Source: a virus. From it: a stretch of 64,000 nt of DNA. The stretch lies in IMG/VR virus record IMGVR_UViG_3300025585_000037. One strand, 5' to 3'. The position numbers and the translations under genes were made by a program. Numbering within the stretch: position 1 is the stretch's first letter; every line of letters begins with the position of its first letter. Below the pieces are notes generated by a model that saw only the letters and a program-made list of their open reading frames with translations, made no database searches and was not told where the DNA came from. Shown here piece after piece: positions 20,860-31,328 of this stretch.

Positions 20860-21400
20860 AAAAGACTGGAAAGCATATTGCAAAACATCTTTTAGATCAC
20901 TGAATGCAAATCAAGAAGATTGGGGAAAACCAAACTACTATCGTCCAATTACTAGAATTTATTATATTAGTGTATTTGATTGTGGACTTACTAATTTTAC
21001 AGGTTTAATAAGCAAAGAAGCATTGGATAATAGACTTAATGGTAAAAAAGTTGTTTATGATCATTGCCTTTCTCCTCAGTTTGTTGGAAGAATGATCATG
21101 GATAATCCAGATAGATATCTTTCCAAATATTCTGTCTATGAGGAACTTTTTTGGGAATCATGTAAAACTGTTATGGTTACTCAAAAGGAGAATTTTTCTC
21201 TTTCTGCACTAACAGAAAATAATGGACAAGACTTTTTAATTCATGTTCCCACGAATAGAAAATATAATCATTTAGGAATTGATCTTTGGTTTCGCCCTCA
21301 AAAAAATTGTAGGTGGAAGGAATCAGTACCTTTGGATACAAATATAATAGAAACTCCAGAAGATCTGCTAGAATATGAAAAAAAGTTTTTGGTTTCGTGA
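20849..21400 (+). CDS. Hypothetical protein
   Basis: 183-aa ORF overlapping both neighbours. Confidence 0.65.
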   Translation: MKIKKDWKAYCKTSFRSLNANQEDWGKPNYYRPITRIYYISVFDCGLTNFTGLISKEALDNRLNGKKVVYDHCLSPQFVGRMIMDNPDRYLSKYSVYEELFWESCKTVMVTQKENFSLSALTENNGQDFLIHVPTNRKYNHLGIDLWFRPQKNCRWKESVPLDTNIIETPEDLLEYEKKFLVS

Positions 21401-22461
21401 TGTTATTATCTGAAGAGAATGCCATTTGGGCAGCAGATCAGTTCATTGATTATTATTCAAAATTTAATCGCATCGATGATTACATTCGATATGTGAAGAA
21501 CAGTCGAATGATGAATTCCACTAGCAAATTATTTGGGCCTGAAGATGAGATCTTTTCGGACTTTACAGTAAGTCCAATTGATATGTCATTCACAATTCAT
21601 GAAGTAGATACCAGTTCTAAACCAAAATCAAAATATAATCAGGGATTATACTCAGAAATATTAAATTCAACGGCATCAAATCCGATTGAAGAGGCAATTC
21701 CTGGTAGAACAATCAAATGGATTGTTACCGAAGATTCTACAAATAAAGTGGTTGGTGTTATTAGATTTGGGTCGCCAACAATTAATTCAAAACCAAGAAA
21801 TGATTATTTTGGTGAAGTTCTTTCTTTATCAAAAATTAACCATGAGTTTGTTATGGGATTCAATATTGTTCCTGTACAACCTTTTGGGTATAATTATCTT
21901 GGTGGAAAACTTCTTGCTCTTTTGGCATCATCAAATGAACTCAAACGACAATTTGATAATAAGTATGGAACTAATCTTCAATACTTTGAAACAACTTCAC
22001 TATACGGTACAACAAAAGGAGTATCCATGTATGATGGTCTTAAACCTTATATTCGACACATAGGAGATACAGAAAGTAATTTTCTCCCCTTGTTTCATGA
22101 TGATTATTTTCGTCAAATGTTTTGGTGGTTTAACGATAATGCTAATGATGGAGAAAGATTAATCTCTGCGGATAAGTCATCAAAAAAACTTAAAATTCAA
22201 ACTAAAATGATCTCAATTATTCGAAATTCACTTAAAAGCGAATCAAAGTTGAATGAGTTTAATCAATGCATTCAGAAGGCAAAAACCTTAACTGAAAAGA
22301 AAAGATATTATATTTCACAATTTGGGTATGAACCTTCTGAAGTTATTAAATGGTGGAAGAAAAAGGCATTCAAAAGATTTGAAAAACTTAAATTTGAAGA
22401 TAAACTTAGAAATGAATTAGAATTGTGGTCAATTAATTCTGATATTGATATTATTCGATAA
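21397..22461 (+). CDS. DUF4338 (DruA-like) domain protein
   Basis: IPGRTIKW, PVQPFGYNYLGGKLLALL, ETTSLYG motifs. Confidence 0.6.
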   Translation: MMLLSEENAIWAADQFIDYYSKFNRIDDYIRYVKNSRMMNSTSKLFGPEDEIFSDFTVSPIDMSFTIHEVDTSSKPKSKYNQGLYSEILNSTASNPIEEAIPGRTIKWIVTEDSTNKVVGVIRFGSPTINSKPRNDYFGEVLSLSKINHEFVMGFNIVPVQPFGYNYLGGKLLALLASSNELKRQFDNKYGTNLQYFETTSLYGTTKGVSMYDGLKPYIRHIGDTESNFLPLFHDDYFRQMFWWFNDNANDGERLISADKSSKKLKIQTKMISIIRNSLKSESKLNEFNQCIQKAKTLTEKKRYYISQFGYEPSEVIKWWKKKAFKRFEKLKFEDKLRNELELWSINSDIDIIR

Positions 22462-22843
22462 TATGGAACTTAAACACTGGTTGAACTCGATTAATCAAAC
22501 GAAGAATAATCTAATTGATGATGATCCATCATTGGAAAAAGAATATACGCCTTATATTATCAATAAATGCCTATCTGGTAATATTGATACAATTATGTTT
22601 GTTAATGAAATGAATCAAAATTCATTTCTTCCAAAGAAGATGCAATATGACTTTTTTATAAATAGTCTGAGGAAAAGGAAGCGTTATACTCCCTGGATCC
22701 ACAAGGATAAAATTGAAAACCTCGAATATGTCAAGAAATACTATGACTATAGTAATGAAAAGGCAATGGAGGCATTGAAAATTTTAACCAAAGACCAACT
22801 TATTTTTATAAAAGCGAAATTTGAAACAGGAGGAACAAAATGA
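22445..22843 (+). CDS. g62: Clamp loader small subunit gp62; probable start 22463
   Basis: WLNSINQTK, Y.PYIINKCLS, MQYDFFINS.RKRKR. Confidence 0.92.
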   Translation: MILFDNMELKHWLNSINQTKNNLIDDDPSLEKEYTPYIINKCLSGNIDTIMFVNEMNQNSFLPKKMQYDFFINSLRKRKRYTPWIHKDKIENLEYVKKYYDYSNEKAMEALKILTKDQLIFIKAKFETGGTK

Positions 22844-23277
22844 GCGTCGTTAAGGAACCTGAGGTAAGATGGACGCCTAATATGATGATTGAGGTCATTC
22901 TAAATGAACCAGATGACTTTCTGAAGGTTCGTGAGACTCTTACTCGTATTGGTGTGGCATCTCGAAAAGAAAAGAAACTATATCAATCTTGCCATATTTT
23001 ACATAAACAGGGTAAGTATTATATCGTGAGTTTCAAAGAACTTTTCGCACTAGACGGAAAACATGCGAATCTAACGGTCAATGATGTTCAACGCCGAAAC
23101 CGTATTGCCCAACTTCTTGCAGATTGGGGTTTGATTACGATTGTGGATGCCAGTAAAATTCAGGAAATTGCACCATTGAATCAAATTAAAGTCCTTTCAT
23201 ATAAGGATAAAGGTGAATGGATTCTAGAAACCAAGTATAATATTGGTTCTAAAAAGAAAAGCGAAGAAACCGAATGA
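22840..23277 (+). CDS. regA: Translational repressor RegA
   Basis: PDDFLKVRETLTRIGVAS, LYQSCHILHKQGKYYIV.FKELF.LDG. Confidence 0.97.
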   Translation: MSVVKEPEVRWTPNMMIEVILNEPDDFLKVRETLTRIGVASRKEKKLYQSCHILHKQGKYYIVSFKELFALDGKHANLTVNDVQRRNRIAQLLADWGLITIVDASKIQEIAPLNQIKVLSYKDKGEWILETKYNIGSKKKSEETE

Positions 23278-23328
23278 TTTTGTAGGGAGTTCAACACTCC
23301 CTTTTTTTATTCTTTTTGATATATAATA

Positions 23329-23826
23329 TTGAAGACGCCTTTTGGGTCTTTTATAAACTCTCGCTTTTTAAGGAGAATTAAAATGTTTAATACAACAACT
23401 ATAAAGCACTATACTTCCAGTGGACTTGAAAAGTTAATTCAAGATATTGAAAAGAATTCAATTGGTATGGATGAATGGTTACACCGATTTGGAACCCTCC
23501 ACGAATCATCCACCAATTATCCACCTTATAATTTAATCAAAGAAAGTTCAACTGAATTTACTTTGGAAATTGCTCTTGCCGGATATAAAAAAGAAGATAT
23601 TGAAGTAACTACAGAATGGAATAAACTTTTTGTTGAGTGCAAAAAAGCACCAACAGAATATGAATATGTGCATAATGGAATTGCTCGAAGAGCATTTACT
23701 CGAACCTGGACTCTTTCGGACGATGTAGTCGTTGGTGATGTTTCTTTTGTTGATGGATTGCTCACGGTTAAACTAAATAAAGTTATTCCAGATCATCAAA
23801 AGAAAAAGGTTTATGATATCCTTTAA
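23329..23826 (+). CDS. hsp20: Small heat shock protein Hsp20; probable start 23383
   Basis: NYPPYNLIK, LEIALAGY, HNGIARRAF.R.W.L, DGLL.V.L; AGGAG SD before ATG 23383. Confidence 0.93.
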   Translation: MKTPFGSFINSRFLRRIKMFNTTTIKHYTSSGLEKLIQDIEKNSIGMDEWLHRFGTLHESSTNYPPYNLIKESSTEFTLEIALAGYKKEDIEVTTEWNKLFVECKKAPTEYEYVHNGIARRAFTRTWTLSDDVVVGDVSFVDGLLTVKLNKVIPDHQKKKVYDIL

Positions 23827-23833
23827 TCAGTTT

Positions 23834-23971
23834 ATGGAAATTATTCAGGAAAAAATTGGAGATTTTGGAAATCCACCTCTACCAACTCCTGAAAATTGTT
23901 ACGGAAAAACTGTAAAATATGCCATGGTACCTAATAAAAAGGTGTGTGCTTTTAAGAGAAAAAGAGAGTGA
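23834..23971 (+). CDS. Possible 45-aa ORF (not in ORF track)
   Basis: Hand translation MEIIQEKIGDFGNPPLPTPENCYGKTVKYAMVPNKKVCAFKRKRE*. Confidence 0.4.
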   Translation: MEIIQEKIGDFGNPPLPTPENCYGKTVKYAMVPNKKVCAFKRKRE

Positions 23972-24009
23972 AATAAATAGTATTGCGACCCCTCTTACAT
24001 TGTCGGCGC

Positions 24010-24064
24010 AGGGAGAATCATCTGGCAAAACCAGATTGACTTCTCCCCTTTTTTTTGCTAAAAT
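24010..24064 (+). terminator. Long terminator hairpin with an embedded sigma70 promoter
   Basis: gggagaa-tca-tctgg/ccaga-ttga-cttctccc followed by a T run; TTGACT-17-TAAAAT runs through its 3' arm. Confidence 0.7.
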
Positions 24065-24086
24065 TATGAGAGAGGAGATGATCTAA

Positions 24087-24416
24087 ATGTCAATCAAGTT
24101 AGCACTGCTAAAGTCTGGAGAAACAATTATTTCTGATGTAAAAGAATTGTTTACAGGAGAAGATGAATTTCGTGGATACTTATTCAATAAACCACATAAA
24201 ATTGAGACTCGGAAAACACTTCTTCTCACAGAAGAAAATGAAACTCCAAGAGGAGATCTAGAGGTATCACTATCTCCCTGGATTATTCTTACAAGCGATG
24301 AACAGATTCCAATTTCTCCAGATTGGGTTGTAACCGTTGTAGAACCAATTGAAACAATTAAACAAATGTATGAGGAAAAATTAAATGGAGAAACAAGTCA
24401 AGTGTCTTTTACTTAA
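24087..24416 (+). CDS. Conserved cyanophage hypothetical (Sm-like)
   Basis: MSIKLALLKSGETIISD; usual position before g43. Confidence 0.7.
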   Translation: MSIKLALLKSGETIISDVKELFTGEDEFRGYLFNKPHKIETRKTLLLTEENETPRGDLEVSLSPWIILTSDEQIPISPDWVVTVVEPIETIKQMYEEKLNGETSQVSFT

Positions 24417-24642
24417 TGTAGATAATGTGATTATTACTGAAGTAGTTGAAGTTTATCCAGAAGAAATTGGAGATCCTGATTGGATGTTAATTAATCCATG
24501 TAAAATTGATGCAGAAGGCAATCTAACCTCATGGCCTGATATGACGGATCAGAGAAAGATGAAAATTCATTCTGATAAGGTTCTTACTAGCGTTGATCCT
24601 AAACCTGAAATTATTGAAAAATATCTTGAACTGACAAAATGA
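24385..24642 (+). CDS. Conserved cyanophage hypothetical
   Basis: 85 aa, overlaps the g43 start. Confidence 0.65.
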   Translation: MEKQVKCLLLNVDNVIITEVVEVYPEEIGDPDWMLINPCKIDAEGNLTSWPDMTDQRKMKIHSDKVLTSVDPKPEIIEKYLELTK

Positions 24643-27140
24643 GATTCTATACAAATGTAAAGTCCATTGGTGATTATATCTTTTATCGAGGTTATGATGA
24701 TGGTGTAGAGATTAAGGATAAAATTAAATATCAACCAACTCTGTATGTCCCATCAAAAATTAAAACTGAATATAAGACTCTTAATGGACAATATGTTTCT
24801 CCTATAAATCCAGGAACAATTTCTGATACTCGTAAATTCATTGATCAATATAAAGATGTTAGTGGATTTGAGTATTACGGTAATGAGAGTCCAATTTATC
24901 AATATATTTCTGAATTATATCCTAATGATACAATAGATTATGATATTTCTCAGATTCGTTTGTATGTTCTAGATATTGAAACTACTGCAGAACAGGGTGT
25001 CATTGATGCTCAGGAGGCAGGTGAGGAAATTCTTCTAATTACAATTCAGGATTATAGTAAACAGATTACTTACACATGGGGTAGTAGACCTTTTACCGAA
25101 AAACTCGACAATCACATTTATTACGAATGTGATAATGAAAGAGTTCTTCTACAAAAATTCCTTACATTCTGGGAAAATGCATATCCTGATGTTCTAACAG
25201 GATGGAATATTGGTGGATTCGATATTCCATATATCATTAATAGGGTTGAAAAGAACTTTGGTGAATCTGAAACTAAGAGACTCTCTATTTGGAAAAAAAT
25301 TACATGTAGAGAATATACTGTAAAGGATAAAGTTGTTTTTGATTATGATCTTTTTGGTATTACTATTTTAGATTATCTTGAACTCTTTAAAAAGTTTGCC
25401 TATATTAATACTGAAAATAATCGTCTTGATACAGTTGCAGAAGAAGTATTGAATGAAAGAAAACTAGAACATGACGAGTTTGAAACATTTAAGGATTTTT
25501 ATACCAAAGATTTTAATCTTTTCGTCAAGTATAATGTTCAAGACTGTAATCTGATTAGTCGATTTGAGAAGAAACTGAGTCTCATTCAATTGGCATTTAC
25601 TCTTGCATATCAGGCAAAAGTGAATCCACAAGATGTCTATTATCAAGGTAGAATGTGGGACGGAATCATATATAATTATCTGATTAAAGATAAAATTGTA
25701 ATTCCATCCAAAAAAGGATCCGAAGAAAAAACCGAAAAGTTCAAGGGTGCTCATGTAAAAGAACCTCAAATCGGAAAGTTCAAGTATGTCTGTAGTTTTG
25801 ACCTTGCTTCCCTGTATCCTTCTTTAATTCGAACATATAACATTAGTCCAGAGACTTTAATTGAAGAAAGAAATGATTATGTTTCAATTAATTCAATCAT
25901 AAAAAATAAATTTCAGGTTAAACCAGAACACTCTGATTATACAATTTGTTCCAATGGATCAATGTATAGCAAAAAAGTTCAGGGATTTCTTCCAAAAATT
26001 ATGGAAAAGATGTTTAATGAGCGAAGCGTTTACAAGAAAAAAATGCTTCAGGCGCAATCTTTATATGAAAAAACTCCATCTGTAAAATTGGAAGAAGAAA
26101 TTTCAACTTATAAGAATTATCAACAGGCATTAAAGATTTGTCTTAACTCTGCCTTTGGTTCTCTTGGGAATCAATATTTTCGTTTTTATGATATTCGAAA
26201 TGCCGAAGCGATTACATATTCAGGTCAATCTGTAATTAAATGGATTGAGAGGGATTTGAATTCCTATTTGAATAAAATTTCTGGAACCGAGGATGTTGAT
26301 TTGGTACTTGCCATGGATACTGATTCATGTTTCTTAAATTTTGAACCAATCGTGAATAAGATATTTAAAGATAAGAAACCTACAGAATTAGAAATCATAA
26401 ATTTTTTGACAGAAATTTGTGATGGTGTAATGCAGGAATTTATTGATAAATCTTTTGATAAATTATGTCAGATTACAAATTCATATCAAAATTGTCTTCA
26501 CATGAAGAGAGAAAAGATTTGTTCTTCTGCTCTTTGGAGAAAGAAAAAGAATTATATTCTGAATGTCTGGGATAATGAAGGTGTAAGATATGCCGAACCT
26601 AAAATTAAGATGTCTGGAATTGAGGCAGTTAAAACATCCACTCCTTCTTATTGTAGAAATGAAATTAAGAATGCCATCAAAATTATCATGAATGGCGAGC
26701 AAGATGAACTCATTGATTATGTAAGTAAAATTAGGGAAGAATTTTATAATCTTTCACCAGAGCAAATTGCATTTCCAAGAGGAATTAGTGACATTAGCAA
26801 GTTCTATTCAAAAGAAAATATTTTTACAAAAGGGACTCCAATTCATGTAAGAGGATCTCTTTTATACAATCATTACATTAAAAAAAAGAAGTTGACTACC
26901 AAGTATTCTTTAATTAATAATGGTGAAAAAATTAAATATATCTATCTCAAAAAACCAAATACAATCAATGAGAATGTGATTTCTTTCATTCAAAAATTCC
27001 CAAAGGAATTAGGTCTTGACAAATATGTCGATTACGACTTACAATTTGAGAAATCATTTCTAGAACCACTTAAAAGTTTAGTGGAGATTATTGGTTGGAA
27101 AACCGAAAAGACAACAACATTAGAATCGTTCTTTATGTGA
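24639..27140 (+). CDS. g43: DNA polymerase gp43 (family B)
   Basis: Exonuclease LDIET, GWN...FDIPY; polymerase SFDLASLYPS, K..LNS.FG, MDTDS; no intein-sized insertion. Confidence 0.98.
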   Translation: MRFYTNVKSIGDYIFYRGYDDGVEIKDKIKYQPTLYVPSKIKTEYKTLNGQYVSPINPGTISDTRKFIDQYKDVSGFEYYGNESPIYQYISELYPNDTIDYDISQIRLYVLDIETTAEQGVIDAQEAGEEILLITIQDYSKQITYTWGSRPFTEKLDNHIYYECDNERVLLQKFLTFWENAYPDVLTGWNIGGFDIPYIINRVEKNFGESETKRLSIWKKITCREYTVKDKVVFDYDLFGITILDYLELFKKFAYINTENNRLDTVAEEVLNERKLEHDEFETFKDFYTKDFNLFVKYNVQDCNLISRFEKKLSLIQLAFTLAYQAKVNPQDVYYQGRMWDGIIYNYLIKDKIVIPSKKGSEEKTEKFKGAHVKEPQIGKFKYVCSFDLASLYPSLIRTYNISPETLIEERNDYVSINSIIKNKFQVKPEHSDYTICSNGSMYSKKVQGFLPKIMEKMFNERSVYKKKMLQAQSLYEKTPSVKLEEEISTYKNYQQALKICLNSAFGSLGNQYFRFYDIRNAEAITYSGQSVIKWIERDLNSYLNKISGTEDVDLVLAMDTDSCFLNFEPIVNKIFKDKKPTELEIINFLTEICDGVMQEFIDKSFDKLCQITNSYQNCLHMKREKICSSALWRKKKNYILNVWDNEGVRYAEPKIKMSGIEAVKTSTPSYCRNEIKNAIKIIMNGEQDELIDYVSKIREEFYNLSPEQIAFPRGISDISKFYSKENIFTKGTPIHVRGSLLYNHYIKKKKLTTKYSLINNGEKIKYIYLKKPNTINENVISFIQKFPKELGLDKYVDYDLQFEKSFLEPLKSLVEIIGWKTEKTTTLESFFM

Positions 27141-27150
27141 GTATAAAAAA

Positions 27151-28197
27151 ATGGCAATTAATAAAAAAGCAAATAATGAGAAAAAAGTAAAATCTGAATT
27201 AAGTTTTCTAGATGATATTGTAAAAGAGGTTGGTGGTGAATATGCACAACTGGCATCAAATATTGATGAAACTGAAACTTATGTTGATACGGGTTCTTAC
27301 ATTTTTAATGCATTGGTTTCAGGTAGCATATTTGGTGGTGTATCTGGGAATAAGATTACTGCTATTGCTGGAGAGTCTAGTACTGGAAAAACTTTTTTCA
27401 GTCTCGCCGTTGTTAAGAATTTTCTCGATAATAATCCCGATGGTTATTGCCTCTATTTTGATACTGAATCTGCCGTCAATAAATCACTCCTAGTATCCAG
27501 AGGAATTGACATAACCAGAACTGTTGTTATAAATGTTGTTACTGTAGAAGAATTTCGCAGTAAGGCACTTAAAGCAGTTGATATGTATTTGAAAAAAGAG
27601 CAAGATGAACGCAAACCTTGTATGTTTGTACTAGACTCTTTAGGAATGCTTTCAACAAATAAGGAAATCGGAGATGCTCTTGCCGAAAAAGATTCGAGAG
27701 ATATGACCAAAGCGCAACTGATTAAAGGTGCTTTCCGAATGTTGACTCTTAAACTTGGTCAGGCAAATATTCCAATGATTGTGACAAATCACACATATGA
27801 AAGTATGAGCATTTATAGTGGAAAACAAATGAGTGGAGGATCTGGATTACAGTATGCATCTTCGACAATCATTTATCTTTCAAAGAAGAAAGAAAAAGAT
27901 GGAACCGAAGTTGTAGGAAATATTATTTGTGCTAAAACTCAAAAGTCGCGCCTAAGTAAGGAGAATCAAAATGTTGAGATTCGTTTGTTTTATGATGAAC
28001 GCGGTCTGGATCGATATTATGGATTACTTGAACTTGGTGAGGAAGCGGGTATGTGGAAAAATACTGCAGGTAGGTACGAAATTGATGGTAAGAAAATTTA
28101 TGCAAAAGAAATTCTGAGAAATCCAGATCAGTATTTTACAGAAGAAGTGATGCAAAAACTTGATGCAGCCGCAAAAGAGCAATTCTCTTATGGTTGA
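27151..28197 (+). CDS. uvsX: RecA-like recombinase UvsX
   Basis: AGESSTGKT, YFDTESA, VLDSLGML, MSGGSG. Confidence 0.95.
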   Translation: MAINKKANNEKKVKSELSFLDDIVKEVGGEYAQLASNIDETETYVDTGSYIFNALVSGSIFGGVSGNKITAIAGESSTGKTFFSLAVVKNFLDNNPDGYCLYFDTESAVNKSLLVSRGIDITRTVVINVVTVEEFRSKALKAVDMYLKKEQDERKPCMFVLDSLGMLSTNKEIGDALAEKDSRDMTKAQLIKGAFRMLTLKLGQANIPMIVTNHTYESMSIYSGKQMSGGSGLQYASSTIIYLSKKKEKDGTEVVGNIICAKTQKSRLSKENQNVEIRLFYDERGLDRYYGLLELGEEAGMWKNTAGRYEIDGKKIYAKEILRNPDQYFTEEVMQKLDAAAKEQFSYG

Positions 28198-28747
28198 ATT
28201 AAATGATCTGATTAAAATTCATGATAATGCACTAGAACCCGAAATATGTGATTATTTAATTTCTTTATTTGAGCAGTGTTCTGATAAGCAAGAAAGAATT
28301 GAAAACGATTCAAAACCAAATTTCACTCAGTTTAATTTCACAGAAAATCGTAATCTATCTACAGAGACTAATGAAATTCATAATTTAATTATTAAAAAAG
28401 TCTTTGAATACAGAGATTTATATTATGAATTTATAGACAAAAGAGTTTTTCCCGAAGAACACGCATTTGAACAATTTAGAATTAAACGATACAATCCAGG
28501 TGGAGATGATTGGTTTGATACTCATGTGGATGTAACTAATCATGAATCATCCAGAAGATTTTTATCTTTTATGTGGTATCTTAATGATGTTGAGACTGGT
28601 GGAAATACTATTTTTGATGGTATGATGATTAAACCCAAAAGAGGTACTCTTGTGATTTTTCCTCCATTATGGATGTATCCACATAGAGGTGAACCTCCAT
28701 TAAGTGGACCAAAGTATATCATGAGCGCATATTTGCATTATAAGTAA
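28160..28747 (+). CDS. 2OG-Fe(II) oxygenase; probable start 28190
   Basis: HVD (HxD), YLNDV..GG.T, FPP.WMYPH.G..P.SG.KY. Confidence 0.9.
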   Translation: MMQPQKSNSLMVELNDLIKIHDNALEPEICDYLISLFEQCSDKQERIENDSKPNFTQFNFTENRNLSTETNEIHNLIIKKVFEYRDLYYEFIDKRVFPEEHAFEQFRIKRYNPGGDDWFDTHVDVTNHESSRRFLSFMWYLNDVETGGNTIFDGMMIKPKRGTLVIFPPLWMYPHRGEPPLSGPKYIMSAYLHYK

Positions 28748-30126
28748 TGGAACGACTTGAACACACTATTTTACGCAATTTAATTTTCAATGAAGAATAC
28801 TCGCGCAAGGTTATACCTTTCATTCAACCAGATTATTTTGAGCAAAAGACCGAAAAAATCATTTTTGAAGAGACTGTTAAATTTATTGCCAAATACGGTA
28901 CTTCGATTACACTGGAAGCACTGAATATTGAGTTAGAATCCAGAACAGATCTTAACGAAACTGAAATCAAAGAGATTCGAAATACATCAAAATCGTTTAA
29001 TGATTTTCCAGTCGATCTTCAGTGGATGTTGGATACCACAGAAAAATGGTGTAGAGACAGAGCAATCTATCTTGCTCTAATGGAATCAATTCATATTGCC
29101 GATGGAAATGATGAAAAGAAAAATCGTGATGCCATTCCAAGTATTCTCTCGGAAGCACTTTCTGTAAGTTTTGATGATAATATTGGACATGATTATTTTC
29201 AAAATTATGAAGAACGATTTGATTATTATCATCGAAAAGAGAACAGAATTTCTTTTGATTTAGATTATCTCAATAAAATTACAAATGGCGGTCTCCCTAA
29301 TAAGACATTAAATATTCTTCTTGCTGGACCTAATGTGGGTAAGACATTGGCAATGTGTCATATGGCATCCTCATTTTTACTTCAAAATAAAAATGTTCTG
29401 TACATTACATTAGAAATGGCAGAAGAAGAAATTGCAAAAAGAATCGATGCTAATATTTTGGATATTTCAATTAATCAATTTGAGGCATTACCCAAAAGTG
29501 CATTTGAAACTAAAGTGAAGAAACTTTTGAATAAGACTCAGGGTAATTTGGTAATTAAACAATATCCTACTGCATCGGCACATTCTGGTCATTTCAAGGC
29601 ACTTATAAATGAACTTCAGTTAAAGAAATCATTTAAACCTGATGTAATTTTTATTGATTACCTGAATATTTGTGCATCCAGTAGATTCAAATCGAATTCC
29701 AATGTGAACTCTTATTCTTATGTTAAGAGTATCACAGAAGAAGTTCGTGGTATGGTTGTAGAACTCAATGTCCCACTTATAACAGCGACACAAACAACAA
29801 GATCTGGATTCTCATCTTCTGATATTGAATTAACAGATGTATCTGAAAGTTTTGGTACTGCTGCAACCGCTGATCTTCTTCTTGCTCTCATAAGTACAGA
29901 AGAACTCGATAATATGAATCAGATCATGATTAAACAACTTAAGAACAGATACTCTGATAAATCTGTAAACAAGCGTTTTGTAATTGGTATTGATCGATCT
30001 AAGATGCGTCTCTATGATGTGGAACAAAATGCTCAAACAGATCTAGTTGACTCTGGACAAGAAATCGAGTACAATGATCATGAAAACAAAAAACTCAAAA
30101 AAACATTCGAGGGATTTAGATTTTGA
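28747..30126 (+). CDS. g41: Replicative DNA helicase gp41
   Basis: AGPNVGKT, YITLEMAEE, FIDYLNIC, TATQTTRSG, KQLKNRY. Confidence 0.96.
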   Translation: MERLEHTILRNLIFNEEYSRKVIPFIQPDYFEQKTEKIIFEETVKFIAKYGTSITLEALNIELESRTDLNETEIKEIRNTSKSFNDFPVDLQWMLDTTEKWCRDRAIYLALMESIHIADGNDEKKNRDAIPSILSEALSVSFDDNIGHDYFQNYEERFDYYHRKENRISFDLDYLNKITNGGLPNKTLNILLAGPNVGKTLAMCHMASSFLLQNKNVLYITLEMAEEEIAKRIDANILDISINQFEALPKSAFETKVKKLLNKTQGNLVIKQYPTASAHSGHFKALINELQLKKSFKPDVIFIDYLNICASSRFKSNSNVNSYSYVKSITEEVRGMVVELNVPLITATQTTRSGFSSSDIELTDVSESFGTAATADLLLALISTEELDNMNQIMIKQLKNRYSDKSVNKRFVIGIDRSKMRLYDVEQNAQTDLVDSGQEIEYNDHENKKLKKTFEGFRF

Positions 30127-30127
30127 T

Positions 30128-30538
30128 ATGACAGAAATTATTGATACAAACAAATATATTGAATTCGTTCGCCAAACAACAAGTCCTGCAAGTAGTGACT
30201 TTGCGCAACTTCTTGCTCGTATGACAGAACTTGAGGCAGAAGGTGTAGAACTCACACATCTTCTTACATTTGCTCTTGGTGCTTCTGCTGAATTAGGAGA
30301 AGCGGTTGAGATTATTAAAAAGTGCTTGTTACAAGGAAAACCTTTTAATAATGATGCTAAGGTCCATTTGCTCCGGGAATGTTCCGACTGTTTCTGGTAT
30401 TTTGCACAACTATGTATTGCTATGGATACTTCTTTTGAGGAGATTATGCAAATTAATTATGAAAAATTATCTGCAAGGTATCCGGAAGGGACATTTAGTG
30501 TCTATAGATCAGAAAACCGAAAAGAAGGCGATGTTTGA
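30128..30538 (+). CDS. mazG: MazG-like nucleotide pyrophosphohydrolase
   Basis: AELGEAVEIIKK, E..D..WY.AQ, NYEKL.ARYP; start moved to ATG 30128. Confidence 0.85.
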   Translation: MTEIIDTNKYIEFVRQTTSPASSDFAQLLARMTELEAEGVELTHLLTFALGASAELGEAVEIIKKCLLQGKPFNNDAKVHLLRECSDCFWYFAQLCIAMDTSFEEIMQINYEKLSARYPEGTFSVYRSENRKEGDV

Positions 30539-30625
30539 TATTGATATGTTAAAAGAACAATTTGCAAAATCTTTAACAACCAACTATAATGTAATTTGGT
30601 CAAGTAAATATCATTCAAAGAAAAT

Positions 30626-30811
30626 ATGACTAAACAAAAACAAGTAACAATTAAAATGGATGTTCGTTCTGCCGCTGCAGTTCGTCAAATTCTTTTTGAT
30701 TCTCAAAAAGGATATACTTATGATGAAGTGAGTGTTCCTCCACGAATTTCTGACATTCGTACTGTTATTCGAGATATTGATGATAATATCGGTGCAGTTC
30801 TTGGTGCCTAA
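30626..30811 (+). CDS. Small hypothetical
   Basis: 61-aa ORF in the operon. Confidence 0.6.
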   Translation: MTKQKQVTIKMDVRSAAAVRQILFDSQKGYTYDEVSVPPRISDIRTVIRDIDDNIGAVLGA

Positions 30812-30826
30812 TAAATATTTCAAAAA

Positions 30827-31234
30827 ATGTCTTTGATAGGAAAAAAAAGAGGAAGAGCAATTACGAGAGGTCAGTTTGAAGTTTTTTTGAAGAGATTTGT
30901 GATCTTTCTAAAAAGAGAACTTCGTCTTTCTTATGATATTCCGATTATTCTTGTGGATGATGTTGAATTTGCCAAAAAGATTTCTGCATTTGGTGAAATT
31001 TCTAATAAGAATATAATTCATATTAGTATCATAAATCGTCATCCAATGGATATTTTCAGAACCGTTGCACATGAATTTGAGCATTATAAACAACATATAG
31101 AAAAAGGACTTCATAATAGAAGTTCTCATGCCGGAAGTCCTACTGAAAATCAGGCAAATGCAAAGGCAGGTGAATTACTCAGAAAGTATGGAAATTTACA
31201 TCCAGAATTATTTGAACTAACTTCAATTCGTTAA
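30827..31234 (+). CDS. Hypothetical with an HExxH motif
   Basis: RTVAHEFEHYKQ...ENQAN; TAAATA upstream. Confidence 0.6.
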   Translation: MSLIGKKRGRAITRGQFEVFLKRFVIFLKRELRLSYDIPIILVDDVEFAKKISAFGEISNKNIIHISIINRHPMDIFRTVAHEFEHYKQHIEKGLHNRSSHAGSPTENQANAKAGELLRKYGNLHPELFELTSIR

Positions 31235-31236
31235 TT

Positions 31237-31264
31237 AAAAGAGTGTCTTTTGACACTCTTTTTT
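31237..31264. terminator. Bidirectional-type terminator hairpin
   Basis: aaaagagtgtc-tttt-gacactctttt. Confidence 0.7.
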
Positions 31265-31328
31265 AATATTCATAAATAACTGAAGAATAAGAGTAATGTA
31301 GACACTTATAAGTGTAAGTATAGAGAGA

